Below the pieces are notes generated by a model, which ran no database searches, had not been told where the DNA came from, and worked only from the letters and a program-made list of their open reading frames with translations. A DNA stretch of 60,553 bases, counting the filler, from Asterionella formosa (Eukaryota): NCBI GenBank assembly GCA_002256025.1. It is 14 parts of 14 records of this genome, joined end to end, with 100 filler letters (N's around TTAATTAATTAA, not from the genome) between each part and the next. Parts side by side here need not be neighbours in the genome. Positions count along the whole stretch, not along the records: positions 8,704 to 12,953 come from NKIB01013634.1; positions 13,054 to 17,301 come from NKIB01013635.1; positions 17,402 to 21,647 come from NKIB01013637.1; positions 21,748 to 25,978 come from NKIB01013638.1; 10 more parts are not named here. The stretch is one strand, 5' to 3'. The position numbers and the translations under genes were made by a program. The first letter of the stretch is position 1. Each line of letters opens with the position of its first letter. Positions 12,440 to 23,682 of the stretch are shown here, piece by piece.

Positions 12440-12953
12440 TGCATGTCGCCGTAGCTAGTGAGTCAAAATTGAGATGCGCCGCAATGGCCTTCTCCGTTTC
12501 GGAGCAGCTACAAATAGTCTGCAGCAATAAGTCGAGCAAGTACAATATAGAAAAAGAAGGAAAGGATGCTGAGTAGCTCACAATAAGGAATTGAATCCGT
12601 TATTTCGTTAAGAAACAGCTGTTGCATATTTCAACCTTGGATGTCGCCGTAGTGAGTCAAAATTGAGATGTGCCGCAATGGCCTTCTCCGTTTCGGAGCA
12701 GCTACAAATAGTCTACAGCGATAACTCTAGCAAGTACAATATAGAAAAAGAAGGAAAGGATGCTGAGTAGCTGACAATAAGGAATTGAATCCGTTATTTC
12801 GTTCAGAAACAGCTGTTGCATATTTTAACCTTGCATGTCGCCGTAGTGAGTCAAAATTGAGATGTGCCGCAATGGCCTTCTCCGTTTCGGAGCAGCTACA
12901 AATAGTCTACAGCAATAAGTCGAGCAAGTACAATATAGAAATAGAAGGAAAGG
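12440..12953 (+). repeat. 194-bp tandem satellite, at least 2.6 copies, running into the contig end
   Basis: agtcaaaattgagatg recurs at 12461, 12655 and 12849. Confidence 0.93.
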
Positions 12954-13649
12954 NNNNNNNNNNNNNNNNNNNNNNNNNNNNNNNNNNNNNNNNNNNNTTA
13001 ATTAATTAANNNNNNNNNNNNNNNNNNNNNNNNNNNNNNNNNNNNNNNNNNNNTTTTTCCAGCGGCAAACCGCAATGATGAAGGACAATTGTCCCTCTAT
13101 TGATGAGGATGACACAGACACCGACTTTTACAGGAGCAAACAACAATGAAGAGACCCACTTGTCGCTCTATTGATGTTAACAAAGATGCGTACAAGTTCA
13201 ACAGTGAATACAAGAACAACATACCAATGAAAACAAGTCGGCAGTGTGTACAAACAAGTCGGCAGTGTGTATGCACACGCCAAGCAGGTTTGAGGCAACA
13301 GACAGTTCCAACAAGGAAATGACGATACGGATATCAAATTTTTCCTACGAGCAAACAACAATGAAGAGAGCCACTTGCTTTCGCTCTCTTGATAGTCTCA
13401 AAGATGCGGACAAGTTCAATAGTAAATACAAGTACAGCATGCCAAATGCAGAAACGAGCGACATGAAAAAGAAATTGTAATCAGAATCATTCTATAACTA
13501 TAGCTATGTGGACAGTAGCCTTTTACGCACATTTTCGTATCTCCTTCTATGCTGAATCTCAATAGTAGATGTAGTATCATCTGAGAATTGAAAATGTCAA
13601 CGAGAACAAGTAGAATGTGTTTGTTTACGGGTTGATTGGCGAAATTGTA

Positions 13650-13975
13650 ATGCTGGTGGTTGACGAAACGAATTTACAATGTGCACTGTGTGCGGAACCA
13701 TTACAAGTTCAAAAGATTTCTTCTCTGTAAACTCTTAATTGAATGATTATGAACATAGGTTCACTGCACATGACTATTACTCGAAGATATAATGATCACT
13801 TGACCAACAATTGAAGACGTCATTATCGCAAACAATCATTCCACTTGTCATCGCTGGTATTTCGTTTGTTGTTGCAAAAATCAGAGTGATGACGGATGGA
13901 AATGATGAGCCAAATTACATTACTTCAGTTGGTACATTATCCTACCAAGAAATTCGAATACAGGAATCAAATAGA
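13650..13975 (+). pseudogene. Degenerate member of an unidentified multicopy coding family
   Basis: FVVAKIRVMTDGNDEPNYITSVGTLSYQEI matches minus-strand VVVARIRVRTGEDDEPNHITFTGTFSYQEI at about 50790-50890; DNA similarity extends about 300 bp. Confidence 0.6.
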
Positions 13976-14136
13976 AACAATACATATAATAATTAAATAT
14001 ATGTAGTCAAAAGGGTTACTATTTAAATTACAAGGGCATTTATCAAAATTATTAGATGATATAACGAAAAGTTATGATCAGATGATCACAATCCTATGAT
14101 GCATCATGGAAATATGATAGTTTTATTTGCAGACGA

Positions 14137-14818
14137 ACTACAAGTCTAGATTAGTTGGTGCAACAAACCAAGCAACCTCAACAAAGAATCAAAAGAGGAA
14201 TAAAGGAACATTTGCAGAAAAGGCAGTTGGATGCGTCAGTAATCGAGTCGAAGTATCTTTTTTAGTATTACAAAGGAAGTAAACAGTGGATGAGCATGAA
14301 GCGTGCATTGAAACTGCAGAAAAACAGGAGAGATTGTAATATATTGTTGAGCAACCACGGGAGCCAATTTAAAAAAACCTATCAAAAATTGAAGATGAGG
14401 TTTGAAAGCAAGCAAGCAAGCAACATGTAAATCATGCAAGAAGAAGGTCATGGAAGAGTCGATCTGCCAGAGAACAACCATGCAGAGGGTTCAAGGCAGA
14501 AAGCTCACAACTCTGCAAATTAGCTTTTGACAAAAGCAAATCATTGATCACCAAGCCTTGCAAATTTATAGACTTTAGATAAAAATTCACCCACCTAAAC
14601 TCCCACCCACGGCTTATGTGCAAAAACTCGACTGCAGTGATGGGAAACCCGGAGGAAAGGAACTACCCAAGCTACTTAAAACCAAATTTAAAAATCCAAC
14701 TACGAGTCTAGATTAGTTGGCACAACAAATCAACCTCAACAAAGAATCAAAAGAGGAATAAAGGAATATTTTGCAGAAAAGGCAGTTGGATGAGTCGGTT
14801 ATTGAGTCAAAGTATCTT
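14137..14818 (+). repeat. ~122-bp direct repeats (14137-14259 and 14698-14818) flanking a ~440-bp core
   Basis: aactac(a/g)agtctagattagttgg...caacaaagaatcaaaagaggaataaaggaa...gcagaaaaggcagttggatg...aagtatctt twice. Confidence 0.85.
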
Positions 14819-15784
14819 CATTCCCGTAGATGTTTAATGCCTGATCAGTGCTCAAACTCGATTCGACGAAATGGTAATCACGCGTACTTTACAATATGTA
14901 CGCAAACTTCGGAGACGAACTCGCGACTAGAGTTTTGAAATAAATTTGAAAAAGATCTGTGCACGATTCACATAAGGAATTTTCCACGAAGTGAGGAAGT
15001 ACGGAGTTTCCCGTCCATACCTCCAAGTAAGCGAACCTCGCAGAAGGACGCGAGACCTGAATTTCGCATGGTCGATTTCATGCTTGGAAAATAAACCGCG
15101 AGGTCTGGTCACTATAGCTACCGGTATGCAAAAGGAATTTTCAACATAACGGTTGCGAGGAAGTACGGAGTTTCCCGTACCTACCATGTACGAGGTACCG
15201 GTACTCCAGTTGTCGGAGCACCGGTGTCTGGTAGGAGTACCAGGTACCAGCACGAGCAAGTTTCTGTAGATGTGCTGTAGCTGACTACTGGTATCTGCTT
15301 TTTCCAAAATGACCGGAACGTGCAGATTTGATACTCCATCAATTCCTCCTGTACTCGCTTGAGCTAAATACAACGTCGTGCCTTTGCGCACACAAGAACC
15401 AAATATAATGCAAATGATCATGCAACATTGCTCATGTCGTAAAATTATAGGTGGTATATATTGATATACCGGTATGTCAGGTGGTTTGGACGATTCTTCA
15501 TTCACATCGATCGGCTCAAAACATTTTCAGGGGGTTCTTTTTGGGAGAATCGCAACGCTTTGACCATTATTCGAAAAGAACATCTACCGGTTACCAAACT
15601 TGGAACCTCAGCAAGAAGCGAATCATTCGACAGTACCTACATAAAAATCATCCAAAGTATCAGCATCAGCTTCAGCTGTCAGCATCCCAAAGTCCTCTAC
15701 AACGGAAAGGGACGGAGAACATAATCGAAGCGCGAGCCATCGAAAGAGATTTCATCCACCGAATCAGCAACACAACGAAGCAAA

Positions 15785-16951
15785 ATGGATATTTTTGATG
15801 TAGCCAGTGAAACTTCTTCTGATGATCGCATCTCTACTCCAAATGGAGACGTAAGGCTGTCTCTTTTCAATATGATTTGTGCTGATGGCGAGTATGAAGG
15901 GGAATGGAATCAGTTTGGACAACGAGAAGGGCGCGGGATCATGACATATCTTGATTCCTCGTCCAGAGGGTAAGGGGAATAGCTGCGTACTCGTATTTGT
16001 TGCATTGAATTTTAGCAGCTCACTTTCCGCTCGCTTGTTTTTTTCTGTAGAGATGTCTTCGATGGAGAATGGAAAGCCGACACAGCGCATGGAAGGGGGA
16101 AAATGACGTATGCTAAGGGGTAAGTGGGTTTGCAATGAATGCTGCTTCTGTGCCGTGGTGTCGAAATGTGATCCTAACAATCTCCTTCATTATCATGCCG
16201 CACTTTTTTCATAGCGATGTTTATATGGGTGAATTTGTCAAAGGTTGTTTCCACGGATATGGGGTCTACACCTATGCAAGTGGTGACAGGTATGTTGAAA
16301 AATATTGCAGCCACATGATACTCATAGAGAACATGTCAGCTCACATTGATTTTGTTTAGATATGAAGGATACTGGGCAAGCGACTCGTTTGAGGGCAAAG
16401 GAACATACTCTGATTATCAAGGCTCTACATACAATGGAGAGTGGAAACAAAATGAGATGCATGGAAAAGGTTCTTATGTTGATGCGCAGGGCAATACATA
16501 TGAAGGGTACTTCCATAAAGGAAAGTTCCAGGGCCTTGGCCAACACATTTGCATCAATGGTGACTACTATGAAGGGGAATTCATTTTCGGAAAGAAACAT
16601 GGCTATGGTGTACTAAAAGATATTGATGGCAACATTTACAGTGGTGAATGGAATGAAAATATTCGCTGTGGTTATGGCACTTACCAAGATGTGCTGGGCG
16701 GTATCTATAAGGGACAGTACAGAACGGATGTACGCAATGGTCCTGGTTATTACTACTGGCCTGATGGTAAAACTGATGCCGTTATGTGCAGTAATGATGT
16801 TCGCTGTGGAAATAGCATTGGCTGGAGCCGAGACAGAAAGCAAGCTTGGCTCATGATTGATGGGGAATTTCAATAACATGTCACTGTTGATGAAGGAAAA
16901 ACTATCACTGAGAATTTAGGTCTAAAGGTGCCAAAGAAACCGCCACCCTGA
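15785..16951 (+). CDS. MORN-repeat protein. Exons 15785-15969, 16051-16118, 16215-16289, 16360-16876 (or to 16951 if the TAA at 16874 is premature).
   Basis: Repeated YEGEW...HGxG.Y MORN units stay in frame across three phase-2 GT-AG introns. Confidence 0.88.
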
Positions 16952-17517
16952 AAACAAATCCAAGTTTAAACATCCAGCTCACGAAATGCAAGAGAATGCA
17001 ACCTACTGGTCATCCTGTTTCCTTGCTGCAGAGTAGTTTCATTGTCCGATGATTCAAATGATGCCATTGCGCAAGTCGTTTACAAGTGATGAAAAGCATT
17101 ATTCCATGAGTAGCTAGAGATAATAATAATTGCTGCTGAGAGAGAATCCCTCCTCCCAAAATTCATTTCTGTTGTTGCCGTTAGAAATTAAAAATGGTGT
17201 CTTTGTTGATTAATTTAATTACATGACATATATAAAAAGGAAAAAGATATTTCGTCCCCCTATATCGATATTTCGTCCCCCTCTTTTTGATAAACCCTTA
17301 ANNNNNNNNNNNNNNNNNNNNNNNNNNNNNNNNNNNNNNNNNNNNTTAATTAATTAANNNNNNNNNNNNNNNNNNNNNNNNNNNNNNNNNNNNNNNNNNN
17401 NCCTACATAATATATAGTATTTACATTATTTGTTTACAACCTCATAATTTGTTATCAACTGTTTTATGTAGTGCTAGCTAGTTCCATAAATTGCATTTTA
17501 ACATACATTACTAGTAA

Positions 17518-17988
17518 ACCAGAGAGGAGGATACAACAAGGGATTTCGGAGCAGATTCTCCGCTTGTGTTGAACCCGACAGATGCCATTATTGATGAAGA
17601 AATCTTGAAATCAACTCAAGTGCAAAACGCATGGGGAAAGATCAAAGCATACCTGAATGGTGTACCTTTAGTCAAAATGAAAGCTGCCTTGGAGACGGAA
17701 CCGCAAACGGATGTGGGGCCCTACTTGCGCAAGGAATTTGACTCTGTGGCACTCCGAACGTCGCTCAATACAAGTCAATACAAGTCAATCAATTCAGCCT
17801 TTGATGAAGACACACAGCGTGGGACGGATCGTTTGATTCGAAAAATTATGCAAGATATTACGGAAGGAGAAACAAGCAATAGACAAAAGCCAGGAGTGCC
17901 TAGAAGTGACATTCGATTGAACATTATGAAAGGCAAGCTCGACAAGTTGGCCAAGGCCTTTGGAGATTATTTGGCGTTTCCATCATAA
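17518..17988 (+). CDS. 3' part of a helical protein recalled as a conserved diatom hypothetical (possibly plastid-targeted); no ATG, so a last exon or truncated copy
   Basis: Open frame DFGADSPLVLNPTDAIIDEEIL...AFDEDTQRGTDRLIR...GKLDKLAKAFGDYLAF; contains a small caatacaagt duplication. Confidence 0.55.
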   Translation, partial: TREEDTTRDFGADSPLVLNPTDAIIDEEILKSTQVQNAWGKIKAYLNGVPLVKMKAALETEPQTDVGPYLRKEFDSVALRTSLNTSQYKSINSAFDEDTQRGTDRLIRKIMQDITEGETSNRQKPGVPRSDIRLNIMKGKLDKLAKAFGDYLAFPS

Positions 17989-18377
17989 ATCAGATAATGC
18001 GGGAGTGAAGGAATATGTTACTAATTGCGATTATGAACAAACGAAGCTCTAGACACGTTAGAATATTATAACCCAAAGTAATAACCACAGAAAACATGCT
18101 ATTAATCAAGCTTGTACATTTAATTATCAGGTAAAGCTGCGAGTCAAATGAATAATTCATTCATAGAACCACCTGACTAGGAGCACAGCAGGAGGCGCTG
18201 ACGAGAGCCAGAGCTTTATCATTATATCATCGTGAGGGTGAGTCCTAGTGATGCACGAACTCGAGAACCGCGAGCACCAGCACACAATCACCACTGTATA
18301 AAGTTAGTGGAGTGGAGTGCTGATTGAATGCAAGGCTTGTCAGAAAGCCATCGCAATGGTCAGAAAAACTACCGTCT

Positions 18378-19283
18378 CTACCAGTTGGAAGGATTCAACA
18401 TTCTCTTGAACAAAAAGATATTCACTCTGGAGTTGATCATTTCTAGGAATATTGGAGAATCCATAAGAGTTTTTTGCTCATCCGTTGACTTCTCGGCCCA
18501 TGGTAAAGGAAGTATACCAGCTGAACAGAATGGGCTCCAATTTTTTTCCATCACAGATTTTACCAAGTTTGATTCCGTATCAGTGCATACATATGGAAAC
18601 GATTCCATCTCATTAATTATTGATGAGAGGAATGCAGAAACGGTTTTTGTCAACCCGTAAAGTTCTCCTAGCTGCAGCATGGTAATGCAATGCTTCAAAT
18701 GTTCTTGTGATTTGACCATTTCCTGCTTATAAGAATCATGATAATACTTGCTTTGTTTGAGTTCCATTTTAGAGGTGCCGAAACCTAAGACTTTGTAGAT
18801 TACAAATTCTTTTAACATTTCGGATTTCGTCGTCGTCATCGTTTTCTTCTTGGGGGGGACAGTTGCTGCAATGAAAGCATCACATTCTTCCACACGAGCA
18901 TTCATCTCGAGTCGATGAAACAATTGCAACAACCTGAATACATTTTCGTCATTGAGCTTTTCAGTAGCCTGGGTCTCGGGATCAATGAATTTATAAACTT
19001 CTCTCCAGTCGTCAGGATCAAGATCGGCAAAAATCACTCGTTTCTCGTTTTTCTCAATCATGTCATGGGAGAACATCCTGTCAAAGTACTCGCAATTCAA
19101 GACCAGAATCAAGGAATAGTGAAGAAATGATGTATCGCCAACTTGTACTGTAAAGTCCCGCTCCATCGATCGGGCAGCCTTGCCTAGCACAATGGGTGTG
19201 TCTTTGTTGCTTTCAACATCGTCGCTCTTTCCCTTTCGTTTTTCTCCCTTGTTCCCCGCGTCTGTCGTTGGAGTTTCAGCCAT
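18378..19283 (-). CDS. BTB/POZ domain protein
   Basis: 301-aa intronless ORF with DFTVQVGDTSFLHYSLILVLNCEYFDRMFSHDMIEKNEKRVIFADLDPDDW. Confidence 0.88.
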   Translation of the reverse strand: MAETPTTDAGNKGEKRKGKSDDVESNKDTPIVLGKAARSMERDFTVQVGDTSFLHYSLILVLNCEYFDRMFSHDMIEKNEKRVIFADLDPDDWREVYKFIDPETQATEKLNDENVFRLLQLFHRLEMNARVEECDAFIAATVPPKKKTMTTTKSEMLKEFVIYKVLGFGTSKMELKQSKYYHDSYKQEMVKSQEHLKHCITMLQLGELYGLTKTVSAFLSSIINEMESFPYVCTDTESNLVKSVMEKNWSPFCSAGILPLPWAEKSTDEQKTLMDSPIFLEMINSRVNIFLFKRMLNPSNW

Positions 19284-19767
19284 TGTTGAGGTCGCAAAGT
19301 CCGAGTCGTTCCTTGCAATAGCAAGAAGGGAATTGATGAGAGGAAATTATGTATATGTTGTTAAATATACTGCGGCAGGCGCAAATTCATATTATGCCCA
19401 TTTCAATGACTTGTTAAGCTTGTTGCATTGGACAAGATTCAATCAAACACCCCTTGCCGTTAGGAGCATCACCTCAAAGCCCCATTTTTTGCTTAGCGGT
19501 ACCGTACTGGATGGATAACAATGTATGGTTACTTCAAATCCCCATTGTTCACGTCAGTCCTCACTTATTTGGAATGTGTCAGTCATGTGTGGTATCGGTA
19601 CATCGAGAAGCTTGCTTAGTATCAACTAAAATGAGTATTGAAGACTCTAAGTAACCCTTTGTGCTATGGATTTTTGGAAGTGTCCATCACGTTCCCAGTC
19701 CCGGGAGCCGTACCAGTTCTTTGTTTTCCCACGTATTTAGCTTGCAAGAATAAATCATGTGCGGGTA

Positions 19768-19844
19768 CCTGAAAGGTCCAGTAAAACACGGTGTTTACTT
19801 AAGTTAAGGTTCAGCTAAATAGCTCGCCTACTGGACCTTGCTGG
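19768..19844. mobile_element. 77-bp MITE with 16-bp TIRs and TA target duplication
   Basis: TA|CCTGAAAGGTCCAGTA...TACTGGACCTTGCTGG|TA (14 of 16 TIR bases match). A related partial copy lies at about 1293-1340. Confidence 0.75.
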
Positions 19845-20114
19845 TACCGGTTAATAGGACCGGTACCAGGTAGTCAGTCTAGTGATGAAGTGTGACATAG
19901 ATCTAACGGACGAACGGGCACGAAAATCCCGGAACGGTCAAATGACATCAATGTGGTAGGAATAGCTGGCACCAGGTACCCCTGGTAGGTACCAGGTATC
20001 GTCAACCATGTACTACATGGTACGGTACCAGGTACGGTTCCCTGGTACCAAAATGCGCCAAAAATGAAACGAAGTCAGATTCATCTAATTCTAGACTACT
20101 TTGAACATATATTG

Positions 20115-20265
20115 TCTTCACCATTTTGTTCAGAATAATTTTTAAATAGGAGGGGCTCCTAGACAGAGAATTATTGGAGTTCGCGCTCATTATCTTCACC
20201 ATTTTGTTCAGAATAATTTTTAAATAGGAGGGGCTCCTAGACAGAGAATTATTGGAGTTCGCGCT
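20115..20265 (+). repeat. 78-bp tandem duplication
   Basis: tcttcaccattttgttcagaataat...ggagttcgcgct at 20115 and 20193. Confidence 0.93.
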
Positions 20266-20332
20266 TCATGTAAGGCAGTGACCTAGAGGTTGGTTGCCAC
20301 TATACTGAAACAGTGGGAGTACATATTTATTC

Positions 20333-20640
20333 TTACTCCCTCTCCATGCAAAAATGACTCCAAAGCACATTTTGAATCAGAGTTCTTCCTCTAATCACAT
20401 CACCATGCACCGGAATAACAGTTGTTGGATTCCATTCTTCCAAAATGTACTTTGCAATTTCTTGGATTCTCGGTTGGTCTTTGACATGGTCTTTGACCAT
20501 AAAATTCATGTAAAAAGGGGCAAATAACTTGTCCATACCTTGCTTCCACAAGCTACTCCCAATGGGGATCTTGTCTACTGATGGGCGTGAGTGTCGTCCC
20601 CAGACGATTCGATCACCCCGTCGTGCTGTACGATCCTTGG
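20333..20640 (-). pseudogene. C-terminal fragment of a DUF4336-like (metallo-hydrolase fold) protein
   Basis: WKQGMDKLFAPFYMNFMV...EEWNPTTVIPVHGDVIRG; no coherent upstream coding region found. Confidence 0.5.
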
Positions 20641-20944
20641 GTAAGTTGGAGGGAGTTGGCCTTTTGAAGCAGAGCTTGGCGGATCGAGACAGGAAAGGAA
20701 TCTGGAGCGCTTGACATGATTGTCCATGATAACGTAGGATGTAACAGGCATAGTATTGAAACCAGTGCAACTGGAGAGGTGGTCAGTGTCATCATTTGCT
20801 TTATCAGCTCGAGGATTGATTGTACTTTGAGACATATCGTGTTTGCTTTGCATGTCAATCAGGGTTTTGTTGAATTTCTTACTACCAGGTACTGTATTCA
20901 CATTGATACCGTAGGATACCGACTACCGGTACCAGGTACCACTT

Positions 20945-21647
20945 AAAAACTGTAAGCCACCGCTACGGCGACTTTTGAACTGTAAGCCACCGCTAAACGG
21001 AGTAAACGCACGGTTTGAGCTTAGTTTACAAGATACGCTATTTATTGTCACGAACGAGTTGTTCAGATTTATATAGCGAGTAAATACTTCCGTACTTGTA
21101 TTGTTGCATTGTGTACATTGTTAATTAGGTATTATCGCCCAAAGGTTGCTGTCGACGTGAAATTGCGAAAATTGGATATTTTCACGTTTACTCGATTGAG
21201 CAAGCATCACATTTTATATACGTATTCAGCTATGAGAATATTCCTCCGCTAGAAAACTAATTTAGTATCCTCTAAAATTTATTTAATATGGCTACGACGT
21301 CATTGCGCTTTCGCTCGTGCGCCATAATAAAGAGATAAATTCACTAATGGAAAACGTCAAATAGGAATTCCTGGCGCGCCCGAATTATGAGTACAAAAAT
21401 TAAATGCAAACACACAACAATCACCCATCACCCATCACAACACCAACACCATGACCTCGAAAGCGCCTCGACAAGGCAATGCCTTGCCTCGAAAGAAATT
21501 GTCTCCTGAAGAATTGGTCAGTGTTCAGATTTGTCTTAACAATGTGATTAGGGAGCTAGAAGCTAAGAAGGCTAACAATGGTGGAAAAATGCCTTATGGT
21601 GCTATTTCTAGGACAGTATCAGCTAAGCAATGCATTTTCCCTTGGAT
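20945..21647 (+). mobile_element. Probable left end of a pogo/Tc1-like DNA transposon, with transposase N-terminus from 21451
   Basis: 18-bp direct repeat aactgtaagccaccgcta at 20948 and 20978. ORF ...NNGGKMPYGAISRTVSAKQCIFPW resembles N-termini recalled from diatom DDE_1 transposases. The catalytic domain is not in the window. Confidence 0.45.
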
Positions 21648-21990
21648 NNNNNNNNNNNNNNNNNNNNNNNNNNNNNNNNNNNNNNNNNNNNTTAATTAAT
21701 TAANNNNNNNNNNNNNNNNNNNNNNNNNNNNNNNNNNNNNNNNNNNNGAATGTGTGATTAACATTTAGTGATGTCAATCACAACGAACTCGAATGGAAGA
21801 AAGCGACGATGAAAAAAGTACGAAATAGGAACGTGCTATGGCTGATGTGAAAAATACGATGTAAATCAATCAATTACAGACACGCGACAGACAGGTACAA
21901 CGTGGGCACCAAGCAGCTGGTTGACATCTGTTGGAGAACTCTAGAAGGTCCATGGTACCAAGCCACGCAATACATGTCACTCCGAAGATA

Positions 21991-22350
21991 TCACAGCTAA
22001 ATGACTCGAAATTGTCATGACCTCAGCTGGGGGCAATAGGGTCAAGAAATCATTTATGGACTCAATCGACAATAGAAACGAAAGGACGATGAGATATCGT
22101 TTCTGGACGGGACCCCATTCTTCCTCCTATTTTGACAATGGCTTCCCAATGGTCAACAATAATAGGAGGTTGTATTCAATGCATCGCGAAAGCAAGGGGG
22201 ACTCGATCAATCGAGGAAAACTCTTAGATTCTGACGGGTTCAAGGAACCTACCCGAGATGGCGTCAAGCAGCAAAGAATCTGAAATCCATTCGCCATTGT
22301 CTTCTTACCTCTCCGTCGCTGTCGTCGAAATCTCCATATGGATCACTCAT
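21991..22350 (-). CDS. Possible first exons of an unknown gene divergent from RPS28
   Basis: ATG at 22350 gives MSDPYGDFDDSDGE|GTAAGA; an acceptor near 22127 continues EEEWGPVQKR. Downstream structure is unresolved. Confidence 0.3.
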
Positions 22351-23290
22351 ATTCCTTATATTGGCGTTGTTGTGTATTGCTGTTGAAAAGGGGAACTGTA
22401 ATTGGTTTGCTGATCTTCTCTTATTCGTCGTTGTGTGCTGCTGTTTCGCTGTAAGAAGTGTGTATTTCTAGTACATATTCCGCCGTGAATTCCTTCCTCA
22501 CCGTTTTGTTAAATTACTACCTGGTGTATCTACCAGTATGTAAAGGAGAAGAGCAAGACTGTTGGTTGCTGCGATCTAATCAGTTTTCGTAACTGGTACG
22601 AAAGGTGCGTGGAGTACTTAGCACGTAAAATGTACCCGTAGGCAGGATGACATCCCGTAAAAGCGCACTACATACTGGTACCAGGTACCGGTAGATAGTT
22701 ACGGTAGTATCTTCGATATTCCACTACGTTGGGTGTTGGTTCTTTTATGTTGACAACCGGTACATAGCTAATGTTGTGAATCTGTTTGGTCCACCATGCA
22801 CGCTATGAAAACTGGAAACATTATGTAGACTTTCACTCGTGACCCCGAAGAGTACCATATGTACTTGCACCGTTCCCCTTGCCTACCGCTAAACTGACTA
22901 CCGGTACCGGTACCTGTAGAATTTGAGACTTCTAACAATCCAGGTACAGCCGGGTGCTTCCGGTAGATACTGGACACACGAAAAAGGTGACCTAGCTGTC
23001 CCAGTACCCAGGTACTTTTTTGGAGTTGTCTACCTGGTAGGAGTACCAAGTACCGTACGTACCGGTACTGTAGTCTTGTTGAGACTTGTTTTCTTGTTGT
23101 CGGTGTCATTTTTGCGAAAGTCAATCATCAGCTGGCTGTGCCCGACAATTTATGTGCCATATGGAATGATGGAAGGACAGAAGGCTGTGTTACCATCGTT
23201 CAGTTGAGACCACAAATCATCATAAATCAACAAAATAAAAAAAGACCAGTAGTCTCTCATTTTCCTTCTTCGTTGCTCGCTTTGATAATC

Positions 23291-23682
23291 ATGGTGAGTC
23301 CATCGTCAGCGGATAGATGATGCAGTTTGATCTTTTGGAAGCGCACGAGAAAGGTGACGATTTTAACATTGATCATGGCGATAAACCTTGCATCATACTT
23401 TTACGCAGGTTTCTACGATGATGGTATACTCACTTACTGCTTACTACCTACTACATAAACAAATTTTAGGATCAACCTGTCAAACTGGCCAAAGTCAACC
23501 GTGTCTTGGGAAGAACAGGAAACACTGGTAATGTAACGCAAGTGAGAGTTGAATTTTTGGATGCAGATGGTGGTGGTAGTGGAACTGGACGTTCTATTGT
23601 GAGAAACGTGAAGGGACCTGTCCGTGAAGGTGACATTTTGTGCCTTCTTGAATGGGAACGTGAGGCTCGTCGTCTTCGTTAA
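23291..23682 (+). CDS. RPS28: 40S ribosomal protein S28 (eS28). Exon 1 is the ATG alone (23291-23293), intron 23294-23469, exon 2 23470-23682.
   Basis: ATG|GTGAGT...TTTTAG|GAT gives [71 protein letters not shown]. Confidence 0.97.

Noticed and set aside
12440..12953. CRISPR-like array, or real ORFs in the 194-bp repeat
   Set aside because: Contiguous tandem units with no unique spacers in eukaryotic DNA; the ORFs are incidental to the repeat.
14927..15798. ORFs 14927-15505 (-) and 15451-15798 (+); likewise 38394-38924, 22768-23124 and 32006-32413
   Set aside because: No recognisable domains; they run through motif clusters, promoter DNA or repeat ends, so chance open frames are likely.
23310..23430. 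C/D box snoRNA in the RPS28 intron
   Set aside because: Only imperfect C boxes (ATGATGC, ATGATGG) and no CTGA D box.
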